NCBI GenBank assembly: GCA_011109175.1
Contig: RDEW01000013.1
Coordinates: 1,122,767-1,186,766 of the forward strand
DNA length: 64,000 bases
Origin: Dicyema japonicum
Lineage: Eukaryota; Animalia; Dicyemida
Reading direction: 5' to 3'
Shown here: positions 1-12,754 of the stretch, one piece after another
How positions within the stretch are numbered: the stretch's first letter is position 1
Layout: every line of letters begins with the position of its first letter
The notes under the pieces: generated by a model
The model's database searches: none
The model's input: the letters and a program-made list of their open reading frames with translations, nothing else
Told to the model about the DNA's origin: nothing
Translations under genes and position numbers: made by a program

Positions 1-849
1 CCTTCCTTTGAGGTCGAACCTTACAAAAAATGGGGTCGTCCCACTTTCCAGACAGTTTTGCGAGATCGACATGTTAAATGTATTAAATCTGCTCGTTCTT
101 TCTTGGATCAGACCTAATTCGACGTCCTGAATTCAATGGACATATCGGTCGCCCGCGTAGACCTTCCTTTGAGGTCGAACCTTACAAAAAATGGGTCGTC
201 CCACTTTCCAGACAGTTTTTGCGAGATCGACATGTTAAATGTATTAAATCTGCTCGTTCTTTCTTGGATCAGACCTAATTCGACGTCCTGAATTCAATGG
301 ACATATCGGTCGCCCGGGTAGACCTTCCTTTGAGGTCGAACCTTACAAAAAATGGGGGTCGTCCCACTTTCCAGACAGTTTTGCGAGATCGACATGTTAA
401 ATGTATTAAATCTGCTCGTTCTTTCTTGGATCCGACCTAATTCGACGTCCTGAATTCAATGGACATATCGGTCGCCCGGGTAGGCCTTCCTTTGAGGTCG
501 AACCTTACAAAAAAATGGGGTCGTCCCACTTTCCAGACAGTTTTGCGAGATCGACATGTTAAATGTATTAAATCTGCTCGTTCTTTTTTGGATCGGACCT
601 AATTCGACGTCCTGAATTCAATGGACATATCGGTCGCCCGGTAGGCCTTCCTTTTGAGGTCGAACCTTACAAAAAATGGGGTCGTCCCACTTTCCAGACA
701 GTTTTGCGAGATCGACATGTTAAATGTATTAAATCTGCTCGTTCTTTCTTGGATCCGACCTTATTCGACGTCCTGAATTCAATGGACATATCGGTCGCCC
801 GGGTAGGCCTTCCTTTGAGGTCGAACCTTACAAAAAATGGGGTCGTCCA
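1..849 (+). repeat. Tandem array of ~161-bp units (5 full plus a partial unit, runs off the window start), unit derived from a LINE RT segment
   Basis: Unit start CCTTCCTTT at 1, 162, 323, 485, 646, 808. The unit translates as ...RPTFQTVLRDRHVKCIKSAR-FLG..FD..LNF.GHI, an RT domain 6-7 pattern, and abuts the LINE continuation at 850. Confidence 0.9.
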
Positions 850-1290
850 CATATATTGTTCTGAAGTGCGAGAAGAAAATCAATGTATTGAAATGTTTAT
901 CTGGAATATGGAAGATCGGTACCCACCCGGTCTTGATGAACATCTACAAACAATACATTGAACCATGCCTATCGTACGCGTGTGCTTCGTGGGGACCTTC
1001 ATTAGCATTGACGAATATCAAGAAAATCGAGGACGTACAAAAGAAGGCTTTCAGAGTCACGGAGCGGTGGACTTGTGGGTGACACAGAACCGGACCGACT
1101 ACTCTGGAGACCCTCATAAAACTAAACTCCGGCATGCGGGAAGGTGACCCTGCAAATACAGTCAGCCGCCCAGTACGAGCTTGTGTGGGCACGAAAGAGG
1201 AGCACCGGGAAAGAATGAGGATTTTACTGGAACGCATCGGGATCACGTGATAGTTTGGTTTTACCGTGGTCTAGGATGTTAAATAAATAA
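850..1290 (+). mobile_element. 3' fragment of I/Jockey-like LINE (post-RT region)
   Basis: KCEKKINVLKCLSG...LMNIYKQYIEPCLSYACASWGP...KIEDVQKKAFR; related fragment at 40700-41130; ends in an A-rich (TAAA)n tail. Confidence 0.8.
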
Positions 1291-1299
1291 AATAAATCG

Positions 1300-1848
1300 G
1301 TGAAATTTTCCGTGAACTTGAAAATGAATTTACTGTTTTTCGATCACATTTTACTGCAAATATTGATCAATTTCCAGCCAGCTTACAACTGGAGATTATT
1401 GATTTGAATTGTGACTCAGATCTTAAAATAAATTCATCATGGTGGGCTTATGCAGCTTTTATAAAAACCTCTAGCCGAAATATCCCAACTTAACAGCCCT
1501 AGCTGCAAAGATTTTGTCCATGTTTGGGAGTGCATATCTATGTGAATAACTGTTTTCTTTAATGAACATAAAACAAGATTTCGTTGAAGGCTCACACTCA
1601 TCTAAATGAAATTCTAAGATTGACGGTAACTCAGGATTTTACACCAGAATTTGACGCTATTATGAAGAAAAAAAGATGTCAAGTTTCAGGGACATATTTT
1701 AATTATGAAAATTAATAAATGTGTTGTTAAATGTTTTTAAATTATAAAAAAATTCAAAATATTATAAAAATCATAGTATGAATCAAATATTCTGTTACAT
1801 CAAAAATTAATAGTCCGACCCGCGGAAGAAATGAGTTTGACACCCCTG
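1300..1848 (+). mobile_element. 3' fragment of SPIN/Charlie-like hAT transposon with right TIR
   Basis: Degraded LQLEIIDL.CD...YP.L..LAAKILSMFGSAYLCE.LFS...KRCQVSG (hAT C-terminal dimerisation region), then GAGTTTGACACCCCTG at 1833-1848. Confidence 0.8.
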
Positions 1849-1984
1849 AATTAAGCCTTGTTAATTACAACGAGAAGCCTAAACACATGGTAAAATTTTT
1901 AGCTTTACATTTTTATTTTTTAATAAAATAATCGAAAAAGATTAGTAAAAATAAATTTTATGTTTTTAAAAATATAAGAGAAAG

Positions 1985-2170
1985 AGTTAGCTTCTTCCAG
2001 GCTTTTCTGTTCTTAGCCAGATCCCTTAGTGTGTCCAGGTCAGCAGATGCCAATGTTTTTTTTCGCGCTTTTCAGATCCCCTTGTAAAACGACCGGGAGG
2101 GTTGTTCTTGGTCTTCCACGAAAGCGTTTTACATGGGAGGAGTAGAAATCTTCCATGGCAATATTCTGGG
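1985..2170 (-). mobile_element. RTE-clade LINE 3' fragment
   Basis: Minus strand KRFRGRPRTT...DLDTLRDLAKNRKAWKKL, matching the C-terminus of the RTE at 33315-34698 (RFRGRPRTTL...NRRKWMKL). Confidence 0.7.
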
Positions 2171-2284
2171 GGATGTCGGTTGATTCATAGTTTCAAACAA
2201 AATAATTTAAACGGTGTTTTTTGGTTCAATAAATTAACACATTTTAAAAGTAACAATTAATTAAATTAACATAGCCATCCATCT

Positions 2285-2880
2285 AAAGTGGTCCCCGCCG
2301 ACATTATCGATGTTGCGTTGCCTCTCACGATTGCAACAAAGAAGCCACCGGGTCTCACGTGCGTCGCTGCTTTTTAGTGTAGCTAGGCTTTAGGAAGCGA
2401 ACCGACTTTCCACTTATTCCTCCAGTTGTCTCGATCACAATGGAATAGAACGCGAATCGGTCGCGTATTCTTCTTCGTATTTCTTCTCCTTTGCCCTCAT
2501 CGTTTTTTCCACGGCATGCAGTTTGTCTACTGCGCTCCCGACAATGTTGGATGGGCAAAGGGGATCGACACAAGCTTCCCAAACCAAAGGTTTCCCTTTC
2601 TCGAATGGGAAAATTGTGATTCTGTCAAACCGTTTTCCGCCTCCTCTGTCCAAGCCAACAGGTTCAAGTATGGCGGGGTATCCCGCAGACTCCAGGGCTC
2701 ATTTGACAATTCCGTTGATCGCCTTATGTCTTGGAAATCGTCCTGCACTTTTTCGACAAGAGAGGGCATAGTCCATAACAGTCGACGGTGCTGCCACACC
2801 GGCATTTGTGAGTCTGACTAATCCTCAGTCCAAGTCTGGTGGAGATGCTGACAGTGTCGTCCGACACTACCTAAGGGAGG
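2285..2880 (-). mobile_element. CRE-clade non-LTR 3' fragment (restriction-like endonuclease region)
   Basis: Minus strand LDRGGGKRFDRITIFPFEKGKPLVW...FYSIVIETTGG...AIVRGNA, frameshifted. Confidence 0.75.
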
Positions 2881-3310
2881 ACATTGATCCAAGCGCCACT
2901 CCATTCGCATCTTCAAGTGACTAGACAGGCACTAATTGAGTACGCCCGATTGGGGAGACACTGCCAAAGTTCATACATAGCGGAATCGCATCAATTCAAA
3001 CCTCCAAGTAATGTAAGGAATTATTCAATGGTTGAATTATATTTTTTACGTCGCCATGGAAACGCACATTTCTTGGGCCACATGATACGACCTAATATCA
3101 AGAAAAATTCAGGAAAAAACTCATTCACTTTGTTTCCAAATCTTAAACTAGTAACTTTATTCTTGATAAGTCTTTGATACAACAGAGAATAAATTGTGAT
3201 GTTTCACTAACTTGAACCTTGTCCTCGTGGCCCTTACATCGAATTTCTTAAATAAAGTACGAGTTCTGGCTAAGGTGGGTTTAAGTAATGGAAACATTAC
3301 CTACTCCTTG

Positions 3311-4145
3311 NNNNNNNNNNNNNNNNNNNNNNNNNNNNNNNNNNNNNNNNNNNNNNNNNNNNNNNNNNNNNNNNNNNNNNNNNNNNNNNNNNNNNNNNNN
3401 NNNNNNNNNNNNNNNNNNNNNNNNNNNNNNNNNNNNNNNNNNNNNNNNNNNNNNNNNNNNNNNNNNNNNNNNNNNNNNNNNNNNNNNNNNNNNNNNNNNN
3501 NNNNNNNNNNNNNNNNNNNNNNNNNNNNNNNNNNNNNNNNNNNNNNNNNNNNNNNNNNNNNNNNNNNNNNNNNNNNNNNNNNNNNNNNNNNNNNNNNNNN
3601 NNNNNNNNNNNNNNNNNNNNNNNNNNNNNNNNNNNNNNNNNNNNNNNNNNNNNNNNNNNNNNNNNNNNNNNNNNNNNNNNNNNNNNNNNNNNNNNNNNNN
3701 NNNNNNNNNNNNNNNNNNNNNNNNNNNNNNNNNNNNNNNNNNNNNNNNNNNNNNNNNNNNNNNNNNNNNNNNNNNNNNNNNNNNNNNNNNNNNNNNNNNN
3801 NNNNNNNNNNNNNNNNNNNNNNNNNNNNNNNNNNNNNNNNNNNNNNNNNNNNNNNNNNNNNNNNNNNNNNNNNNNNNNNNNNNNNNNNNNNNNNNNNNNN
3901 NNNNNNNNNNNNNNNNNNNNNNNNNNNNNNNNNNNNNNNNNNNNNNNNNNNNNNNNNNNNNNNNNNNNNNNNNNNNNNNNNNNNNNNNNNNNNNNNNNNN
4001 NNNNNNNNNNNNNNNNNNNNNNNNNNNNNNNNNNNNNNNNNNNNNNNNNNNNNNNNNNNNNNNNNNNNNNNNNNNNNNNNNNNNNNNNNNNNNNNNNNNN
4101 NNNNNNNNNNNNNNNNNNNNNNNNNNNNNNNNNNNNNNNNNNNNN
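3311..4145. other. Assembly gap (N run)
   Basis: 835 consecutive N. Confidence 1.
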
Positions 4146-4256
4146 TAATAGTTACAAAAATATTTTCCGGTCAACAATCGCCTCTCAACGACACATGTGA
4201 GGTTCGCAAAAATCAATACCAATTCTGAGATTCTCGTCGACCTAAAATATTTAGAC

Positions 4257-4283
4257 CAGGCATGTCAAACACGCGACCCGCTC
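4257..4283 (+). mobile_element. Isolated hAT-like left TIR relic
   Basis: CAGGCATGTCAAAC...CGCGACCCGC resembles the reverse complement of the right end at 1815-1848. Confidence 0.45.
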
Positions 4284-4334
4284 AAAGAATTTGTAAATAG
4301 TCGACGACATTGGACGTTTTCCTCCCGTCATCAA

Positions 4335-4400
4335 AGTGTCCTGCCTATGCGGAGCTATAAATACTAAGGCTCTTGTGAAAAGGTTATTATCATTAAAAGG
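4335..4400 (+). mobile_element. Isolated 3' tail of the SINE family
   Basis: GTGTCCTGCCTATGCGGAGCTATA...GTGAAAAGGTTATTAT matches the SINE tail at 61004-61063. Confidence 0.7.
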
Positions 4401-4439
4401 CCTATTTTTACATGGTAATAAAAAAACTACGGTTCTTTG

Positions 4440-4850
4440 TGAAGAAAACAGGAATTATTGCAAAAAATAGAAGTATACCTTAAAGTCACAATTTATTAGT
4501 CAGAACATAACTATAATCACTTCGGTAGAGATTGACTATTTTCAAAATGCGGCAGAAGTATTACGGGTTTGATAGTGATCTGATTGTTACAGTTATCTCA
4601 AATTGTGTATTTCATTAGATATTTTTTGCTTTTTATTTCCACAGGCAAAGAAATTACTGAACACGAAATTGTCTATAACACCGATCTTACCTAGAAAGCC
4701 AAGGGATCTCAATATTGCTGACTTAATAGACCTCAGGAGATACTCAGAAATAAATGATGCATATTCATGGGTATGATTTCTGATATTAAAGTGTAGATTT
4801 TTGTTGTTGTGGATTCTTTCTAAATATGTTATGACTAAAATTAATTTTAC
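4440..4850 (+). pseudogene. Ginger-like (Gypsy-integrase-related) transposase relic with tiny introns
   Basis: SEHNYNHFGRD..., IADLIDLRRYSEINDAYSW|FVVVDSF; GT-AG introns at 4473-4499 (27 nt) and 4771-4796 (26 nt) lie at the same protein positions as in the 56.4-kb copy; stops and frameshifts. Confidence 0.75.
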
Positions 4851-5439
4851 AATTCCTTAATAGATGAATTGTCCAGAAAATATTCCATAGCGTATAACAG
4901 TACGTTATAATTTTGTAGATTTAATCAACATATTAAACGTTGAATGTCTTCGGCATCCTCGATTCTGAAAATTGAAAAAACAAGTAAACGAGTAACTGAT
5001 ATTATACTATCTGGATATTTTTTTTATAGAAAAATATACTCAAAAAATGATAACGTTGTCCCTATTCCATGGCTAATCAAGAAGATTGTGTTGTAAATAA
5101 TCTGAGGACTAATCTAAGGAGATGCGTAGACCCACAGGACCGCTTAGTCTTGTCTCACAAAATCGGCAAACTACAAAATCGAGCCATTCAACGTCGGTGG
5201 TCTCCCATTTTCCCACTACAGTACGAAAAAGCCTTCTCTCATCCCTGCAGAGGAATCCGATTAGGGAGAAACCAATCGACTTTCTATTGGCTTGGATAGG
5301 CCAAACGGGTAATCATCTTTCTTACACCAGTTTGAGGGCCCATCATAAATAGTTTTTCGATATATTAAATTGAGTTTGTGGACCGTAGTCTCTGATTTAA
5401 AATTTAAGTCAATTTATTAAGAAAAAAACTAACCTATCT

Positions 5440-5710
5440 AAAATAATAAAGGATACGCATGTAAAATCTTGGGATCTAACCTTTCTGCAACGAATTTGGA
5501 CAAGATATGCAACAGTGAAGGCAGCAAACATACTAAGGAAATACACCCGAGTGGAAATCCTCCCTAGAAACCTAGAAAATATGATAGAGGCCACTGGATC
5601 AGTGCCCCTGCTAAGGACTCGAGTATGCGGACCCCGTCAATATCGGAAATGCGCAGGAAAGCAGTCGGAACACCGAGAAAATATCCGAAGACTGTTGAGG
5701 GAGGCGGTTA
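5440..5710 (+). mobile_element. I/Jockey-like LINE 3' fragment
   Basis: SATNLDKI...ENMIEATGSVPLLRTR resembles the post-RT segments of the other LINEs in the window. Confidence 0.5.
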
Positions 5711-6719
5711 TGACGGTTTTTAAAATTTTGTTTATTTTGGTTATGACGGTGGTTTTCTGGTTCAATATTTTCTAGGTGATATTTTTTGATATCTCTTAAT
5801 TTTAAACCTATTTCAGCGTTCTTAGTGAAATAACTACTTCGAAACACTATTCTTGTTCATCAATGGATATGGTCTTTCCTCTTGATCTCTTTTTCAGAAT
5901 AATCAATTTTAATAATTTTTTGTCTCAATAGGTTCATAAATATCCGTTTTGGAAACGATTTCATCTGCTATGTTTAAATTATTAAGCTGTAATTACTTTC
6001 TGTTATTTTAGATGACAGTTGGAAATTGTTTTCGATGATTCATCCACGTTTTTGTTAAATTTATTTAAAAATACATAGGAATTTTTAAAATAAGTTAGCG
6101 AAAGTTCTATTTTCAAAAAATTCTGCCTTATTTAAAATTCAACCATAGTTCAATAAAATTAGATTAATAGTGTACTTTTGGATTCTAATGAATTCATTCA
6201 CGCTACCAATTTTTTATCAAGATCGGGGAATTTTAACTTTACAAAAAATTTTAATTTAGGATTTCTGATTTGAACTGAGACAAGAGGGATTCTCTATCCA
6301 TTAAATTTGCATTGACGGTTCTTGATGTTTTTTTTGAAGAGAAAAGAAAATCTGTCATTTATCGTAGGACATATAAAGTTTTTTTAAATATTTAAAAAAT
6401 AGAGTTATTTTTTTCCAACATCGCTTCCAACCCCAATGATCGGAGTCGTCTAAAACAGATACACGATTTTGTTTCTACGAGAAGCATCCGAAAACTCGAT
6501 GATAATTAAATACTACACTGACCCCCTCCTCCAATAGACCAATCAGAATCCTTTTTTCCGAGGCGCTGGAACATATTAGGAAGGGTGGGAAAAGGAGGCG
6601 TTGGAATTTTAATTTTTTAATTATTGTAAATATCTGCATTATGTTTTATAAATCATTAACCACTTGCTTTTCTAATTAATTCTACTTTTCTTGTGTGTAC
6701 TTTTCTAAAATAATAATAA

Positions 6720-6920
6720 CACTAGAGACCACGGTTCCACAAACTAACTAAACACATGATCCCAGCACGCTCTAGCAGGACCTTTTTCGAGTTTGGCCTT
6801 CTCCGCCTTGATGCGAACTCATGAAGATTGTTCGGGGCGAACGTGTCTGTACATGTCACGTCCCAAACAAGTGGTTTCCCGGTCTGGTCGTTTCCTGTCA
6901 CTTCTGCATAACTTGAGCGG
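6720..6920 (-). mobile_element. CRE-clade 3' fragment
   Basis: Minus strand KPLVWDVTCTDTFAP...AEKAKLEK. Confidence 0.65.
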
Positions 6921-7114
6921 TATATTTATAAATATTTTCTAATTGTATTTAATGTTTTATAAATGTGTAATAAAAAAGTAAAACGACGTATATATTTGGA
7001 TGAATATTTAAAATTTGGAGTGATACTCACGAGCATAACAAACTAATTCCTATGTGTCTTATGTGTTAGAAAATCTTTACAATTGAAGGAATGAAGCCAT
7101 CAAGAATTGTTAAT

Positions 7115-7600
7115 TTAATAGCCCCGAAAAAAGAACACCAAGAAAGAAGGAGTAAACCAACTAATTAAGTGATCCCGGTACGCCTCAACGGGATCGACAG
7201 GTTTTTTCTATGTTCCTCCAGAGTACCCACAGCTTTCCTGTATAGACGACGATCATTTTCATTAGAGTTTAAAGAGGAGTGGGTTTTTTCCCCAAATTTC
7301 GTGTATTTGAGGCCTCTAGCCTTAAATGAAAGAAACGACTTGTTTCTTGACCACACAGACCGTTTAAGCCGGATTCGTTATTTTTGATTGCGGTGTGGTC
7401 AAGCATTTAAGGGGAGGGGAAGATCGGGGGTAGATTCGTTAGACCTGCAAGTTTTCCTGTTAGGGAGTTGATCTTGCAGGAATTAGATATTGAAGCTCCA
7501 TAGGCCTATAAGGCACAAGCATACTCTACCATCGGTTTTAGAAGTTGATTGAACAAAACGACAGCGCTCAAGAATGTCAATCATCTTAAGATTTTTCATG
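7115..7600 (-). mobile_element. I/Jockey-like LINE 3' end fragment
   Basis: Ends in TTCTTTCTTGGTGTTCT...CGGGGCTATTAAA, the 3' terminal motif shared with 10170-10200 and other copies. Confidence 0.55.
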
Positions 7601-7769
7601 CCAAGAAACTTGATGCAGATGTTAGTTAATTTTATAATCTGAAATAACCGTTTACTCTCTTATCTTTAATAAAAATTGAATTACTTTAAAAAAATCTGAA
7701 GTATAATTATGAAAATGGCTGGCAGTGTTAATTTAATTACATTAATTAAATTAAATATAGTCTATTAAC

Positions 7770-7910
7770 TAAAGTTGCGAGAACTCGGAGGATTGCTTGC
7801 CAGAAAGAAAAGGGATCAACGAGAAGAGTGATGGCTAAGACAAAAGATTGGAATAGCCATACTCCGAGGGAACTCGTTCGCAATCCACGCAGCAGGTTTC
7901 CTCAATATTA
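7770..7910 (+). mobile_element. CRE-clade extreme 3' fragment
   Basis: LRELGGLLARKKRDQREE*WLRQKIGIAILRGNSFAI, the CRE C-terminal IAI.RGN motif. Confidence 0.65.
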
Positions 7911-8344
7911 ACTAAATAAAATAAAAAAATGATTTACTTTAACAAAAAAAAATTATGAAAATCGTCTTTTGATTAATCAAACATTACAAAAAATTCTAAT
8001 ATGCTTGAAAAAGGCCTAATGACATCATAAAAATTACGCGATTAATATCAAAATCAGGAAAACCTCAAAACGAAATTGTTTCTCGATTGAAGGAATAGTT
8101 GGATCATTTTTAATGCTGGCCAGACAGTGGTCGCCTCCTGAGCAAGGTGGATCCAATGGCGTCATCAGACAGATGGAAGAGAAATTTTTCAACCAAATAG
8201 CCATATTGCACCATGTAGCTCCAAGTGGCCTTAATTTTTTTTAAATAGATATTAATAACTTTATTTTGAAATTTTTTAATTTGTGGAGAAATACTTAAAA
8301 ATTATAGTTTTATTATAAATTAAGCCTTCTCCATAGTGCTTTGA

Positions 8345-10210
8345 TTCCGAAAACAAAGAGACCGGCTGAAGAGATGCCATCTGTTGGACATGAAGTCTTT
8401 GACAGCCCTCAGACAACTGAATAAAAGGATCTGTCAGAGCATAAAAGAACACAAGGACAAGAGATGGCAGCATCTAGTTAACCACCTCGACAGGAAAAGT
8501 ACATCCCGACATTTCTGGAAAACTCTTAAACAAGTCAAGTCGGAGCTGGATGATGCAGACGGAACCGGAAAGTCTTCTCCTGAACACTCATGACACCTAC
8601 ATCCTAACACCCTTATGAAACATTACGCTGGAATTAGCTTCAAACCATTCTCGAAACACCTGGACATTAAGGTGCGTGCCCATAAACCGAAGAAGGAACC
8701 TTATCACGAACTATTCACAGATGACCAAGTCTTGGATGTGATCACCAGATTAAAGAGCTCACGGGCGTGCGGGCCTGACAAAGTATCTTCTATTCACCTA
8801 AAACACCTAAGCCACTACGCAATTGGCTACCTCACGCATATATACAATCTGTCCATTAACTATAATATTATTCCTAAGATTTGGAAGAATTCTATCATCA
8901 GACCGATATTGAAGGCTGGGAAACCAGAGACAGAACCTGCATCCTACAGGCCTATTTCCGTTACCAGCACACTGTCAAAAATTATGGAGAAACTTGTATT
9001 ATCAGTCATTATTCCGTATCTTCCGCGTCCTATATTTCAACATGGTTTCCTCCGCGGTAGGTCCACCGCTACATACTTGGCAACTTTATCGCAGTTCATT
9101 GCCGACGGTTTTAACACCCATCCTCCGCCTCACAAACGCACAATCTTGGTTTCTATTGACATCAACAAAGCCTTTGACACTGTTTCGAGGAAAATCTGGT
9201 TGGAAAAACCTGGTTGGTAACTAATATTTCGTCAATAATTATGCTGGCCAACTTGTCTGGAAGACGTGGAAGAGTAGTCAGTGGTGATCTCAGATCTAGA
9301 TCACGATTACTACCGAACGGGGTACCTCAGAGGTCTCCACTTTCACTAATTCTATTCAACCTATTCCTACACGACCTACCTAATGATGGAGACGAAGATT
9401 TCCTGCTATTATCCTACGCAGACGATGTAGTCATTGCAATAGGAACCGCTCGACGTAAGTCAAAACTCAGACAAAATTGAACAGTCTCCACGATTGGATT
9501 GTTGGCAATCGACTAACGATTTCTGCAACTAAGTCCATCTGTTTCACTTTCACTTCGGACCGTCGTTCCAAGGATGAACCGAGTATCTTTATTGGTCCCA
9601 TTCGGTATCCAGTGACAAGGTCCCCCATTCTCCTTGGAGTCAAGTACGACAGTCTTCTCAATTTCGACTCCCACGCAACAGACATGATTACAAAGGGCCT
9701 CCAGAAAGTTAACGTTATACGCACTCTTGTTCGGAGGACCACGAGGAACATGGAATTTTCCGTTTTTACCCTCTACCAACAAACAATCGAGTATGTATGC
9801 CTCCGTTGCATGGAGATTCGGGCTATCAGTCTATGGTCCAAAGAATCAACTCGATATACCGGAAAACAATCAGTATGCTTTGCCCACGTAATAGATCAAC
9901 AGTCGATCCACTACTCATAGAAGCTAAGATCCGTAGTCGTGGCTCCGGATTTCTTCGCGTCTGTGAGGAAGATGGAAATCCGCTTCGCCTGATCCTTCCC
10001 ATGGCAAGAAAAACCGATTGGATAAGAAATTCCCTTCCCCGATCGAATTTTTATGCAAGACCGAGAGAAGGCTCTTCCGGAAAGTAGTGGGGACGATGGA
10101 AGATCACAGACGTCGAATGGCACAATTGATTGCGAGGACTGGGATCACCTAACTGTTTAGCTCTTTTGTCTTTCTTTCTCGGTGTTCCCGGGTTATTAAA
10201 AAAAGGAAGC
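8345..10210 (+). mobile_element. 5'-truncated I/Jockey-like LINE, RT ORF broken by frameshifts
   Basis: ACGPDKV, YRPISVTSTLSKIMEKLV, QHGFLRGRST, DINKAFDTV, GVPQRSPLS, YADD, LLGVKYD; 3' end TTTCTCGGTGTTCCCGGGTTATTAAAAAA. Confidence 0.92.
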
Positions 10211-11329
10211 AATATTAACCGGTAATTTGCATGTATTACATTGAGTCCATTTTTTATTTTAGTCTCCTGAAGGAGCATACAGAACCCTGCTATTTCTCAA
10301 CATCGGAACATAGAAGCTGCTTCTTAGCAACGTTATTCAGGCTTCTGACATTGAAGGTTAGGATAGTCAGGTTATTAATTGTTCTGAATCCTTTGTAGAC
10401 ATAGGAGCAAGAGAGGCACGCCACCACCTCAACCAAAAACTGGGATTAGTCATAGTTGGTAAATTAGCCGTAGTTTGTAAATAATATTTCCATAATTTTT
10501 ATATGTAACTTTTAAAATAAGTGAATTAAATGTATAACTTCACCAAATAATAAATCGGGTATGCTTATTCCAAAACCACAAAAATAAATTAAAATCTGCG
10601 GAAATTAATTATTACAGAGCAAAGCGAAAATTTTGTTAGAATATGAAATAATAAACAAGAGCTAATTAATGACACACGTGTTGGCATAGAAATTAAAATT
10701 TATGTAATTGGCTTATTATTAGCCATTAACTATCATCCCGTACGCGCAGCTTCTGATGATAGGCCAAGTACGTGAATTTTAGGCCGAAATTTAAATTACT
10801 AACCTACATGCACTCAACACTTGTTTTGCTCAGGACTTCGGATTTCAAATGTTTTCCTAGTCTTCATCTCGCTATGTTCATAGAAAGAAAAAGACAAGGG
10901 GTTCTATTCATAGTGAAACTAAGCAGACATTCTGTGCAATAGAGGTACGTCATCACCTCAACTTCCGACCAATTAACCACTTGGTTAAGTGGTAATTCGC
11001 TTATCTTTAAAATATTGATTTATTTCCTTATCAGCCAGTTCGTATGATATATCGTTTATTAATGATGTACGCTATAAGTTCCAGTTTTATGAAGATTCTA
11101 TTTATAATGCTAGTTTTAACTGCATTTACTGGTTTTGCGTTTAAATATTGTAGCTTTAATTGAGATATGTCCAACTCAGCCAAATAGTACCCATTTGCTT
11201 AAAATTTAGTCGAAATTTCAAACATTTTTCCGCTCTGTAAATTTATTTGTAATTTGCCTAGCCGAATGCGACATTAAATTTGTCAAATATACTGGTTCAC
11301 TGTTTGCTTACTATTTTAGGAGGATACGG

Positions 11330-11960
11330 AAAATTTGAAGATTGGAATAAAGCTCAGTCATCTGCAAGATTTGTCTTATGATATTGATTGACGTTGTAAT
11401 AAAGTGTTGACTGATTTACCATGGAAATATTAACATTGACAGTTTAATAAGACATTCATTGAAAAATTGAAAAAAATCATTTAAATTTTAATATCAATTT
11501 AGGCCAAATTCTTTACTCCCACTGACTTAATCGTCGCTAAGTAGCCTCCCATGCTTTCTGAGTGTGGTCAGACGTCCAGGTAAGACAAAAACTTCCTATA
11601 GCTCGACTTGTATCAATAGCGAAGAATGTGAATCTCCCTAAAACTCCATAGTATTTCTTATTGGATAATGTCTTACCGCGTTTCCACTAATGTTAGCAGG
11701 GAATTTAATATAAAAATAGCTCACTATGACTGATTTAAATAACTTAGAGAATTTCAATATCCAACTCCATTCAAATGACGACCAATAATTATTTCTTGTT
11801 TCTAACTATGGATCCCCTGAGGCATAATTGAAGCGTTATTGTCTCTCACGATAGAAATAGAAGTCAACAGGAGGAACCACAGGATATCACTGACTTCATA
11901 GCTTCTAAATGCATGTAGACGTCGATGTTCTCTTAGGAAAAAGAATAATTCCCAGTTTAT
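11330..11960 (-). mobile_element. Highly degraded LINE RT fragment
   Basis: Minus-strand PQGS (near 11810) and LADD (near 11360) relics. Confidence 0.4.
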
Positions 11961-12754
11961 CCAACCAGTTGTGTCGACTGCGATTGTGTGGATTGTGAAC
12001 TGGTTATAAATGGAAAATTAAAAAAATTCCTTACCGATTCAATGTAATAAAACACTTAAATAAAATAGTATGTTGGTTGAGTGGTTGACATCTCCCTAAT
12101 AATGTCTATGTGTTTACCGTACGATCAGTCTGTCTATTCTTCCACGTTTACGATTGCACCTTTCAACGTCAGAGCACTCTCTTAGAGCACTAAACCATGA
12201 GACCTTATTATTCGATAAACTGCGGAGACGTGCGAGGAGGAATGTTGCATGGATAAAACTGGTAGAGAGCAACTCGAAGTATTCATATGCTTGTGGGTAA
12301 CGCAGGAGTGAATCTAACTAATTCAACTTAAATGAAGTATACCTTGTCGAATCTTTCGGAAAATAACGAAATCAAAGGATGTTTTTCCTCAAAAAAATAC
12401 TTGTTAAGTTACTGTAAAAATAGTTGTTAAGTTTTGTCAAATTAATTAAATTATTTCAAAGATCAAGAAACCTCATCCAAGCACAGTGATCCAGAGAGCG
12501 ATGTCCGAGGAGCTGAGGTCAATTCCATAACTAGTCTCCAGGGAGAGAAATTTTCTCACAATGGAATTTAATTGATGGATCCTTTTGAATGCCTTCTAGG
12601 CATTGGGCGTCCCTGAGTGAGATGGATCCAATGACGCACCAGAGAGAAGGAAGAGAAAGCTTCAATCAGGTGCCATATGGCACCACGTGGCAGCACTCGA
12701 CCATTTAAATACTCTTTTTTATTTTATTTTTTATTTATTAAATTTATTTATTTA

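Noticed and set aside
1-849. CRISPR-like array or HDV-like ribozyme (CCT-TCCTTTG-AGG resembles P3/L3)
   Set aside because: Whole units repeat with no unique spacers, the context is eukaryotic, and no clean P1/P2 pairing can be formed.
3212-4228. Long ORFs of 286-338 aa here and at 23365-24303
   Set aside because: They are translations of N gaps.
10800-11010. Dispersed similarity to 19020-19190
   Set aside because: A real but short diverged repeat; I could not assign any family or function.
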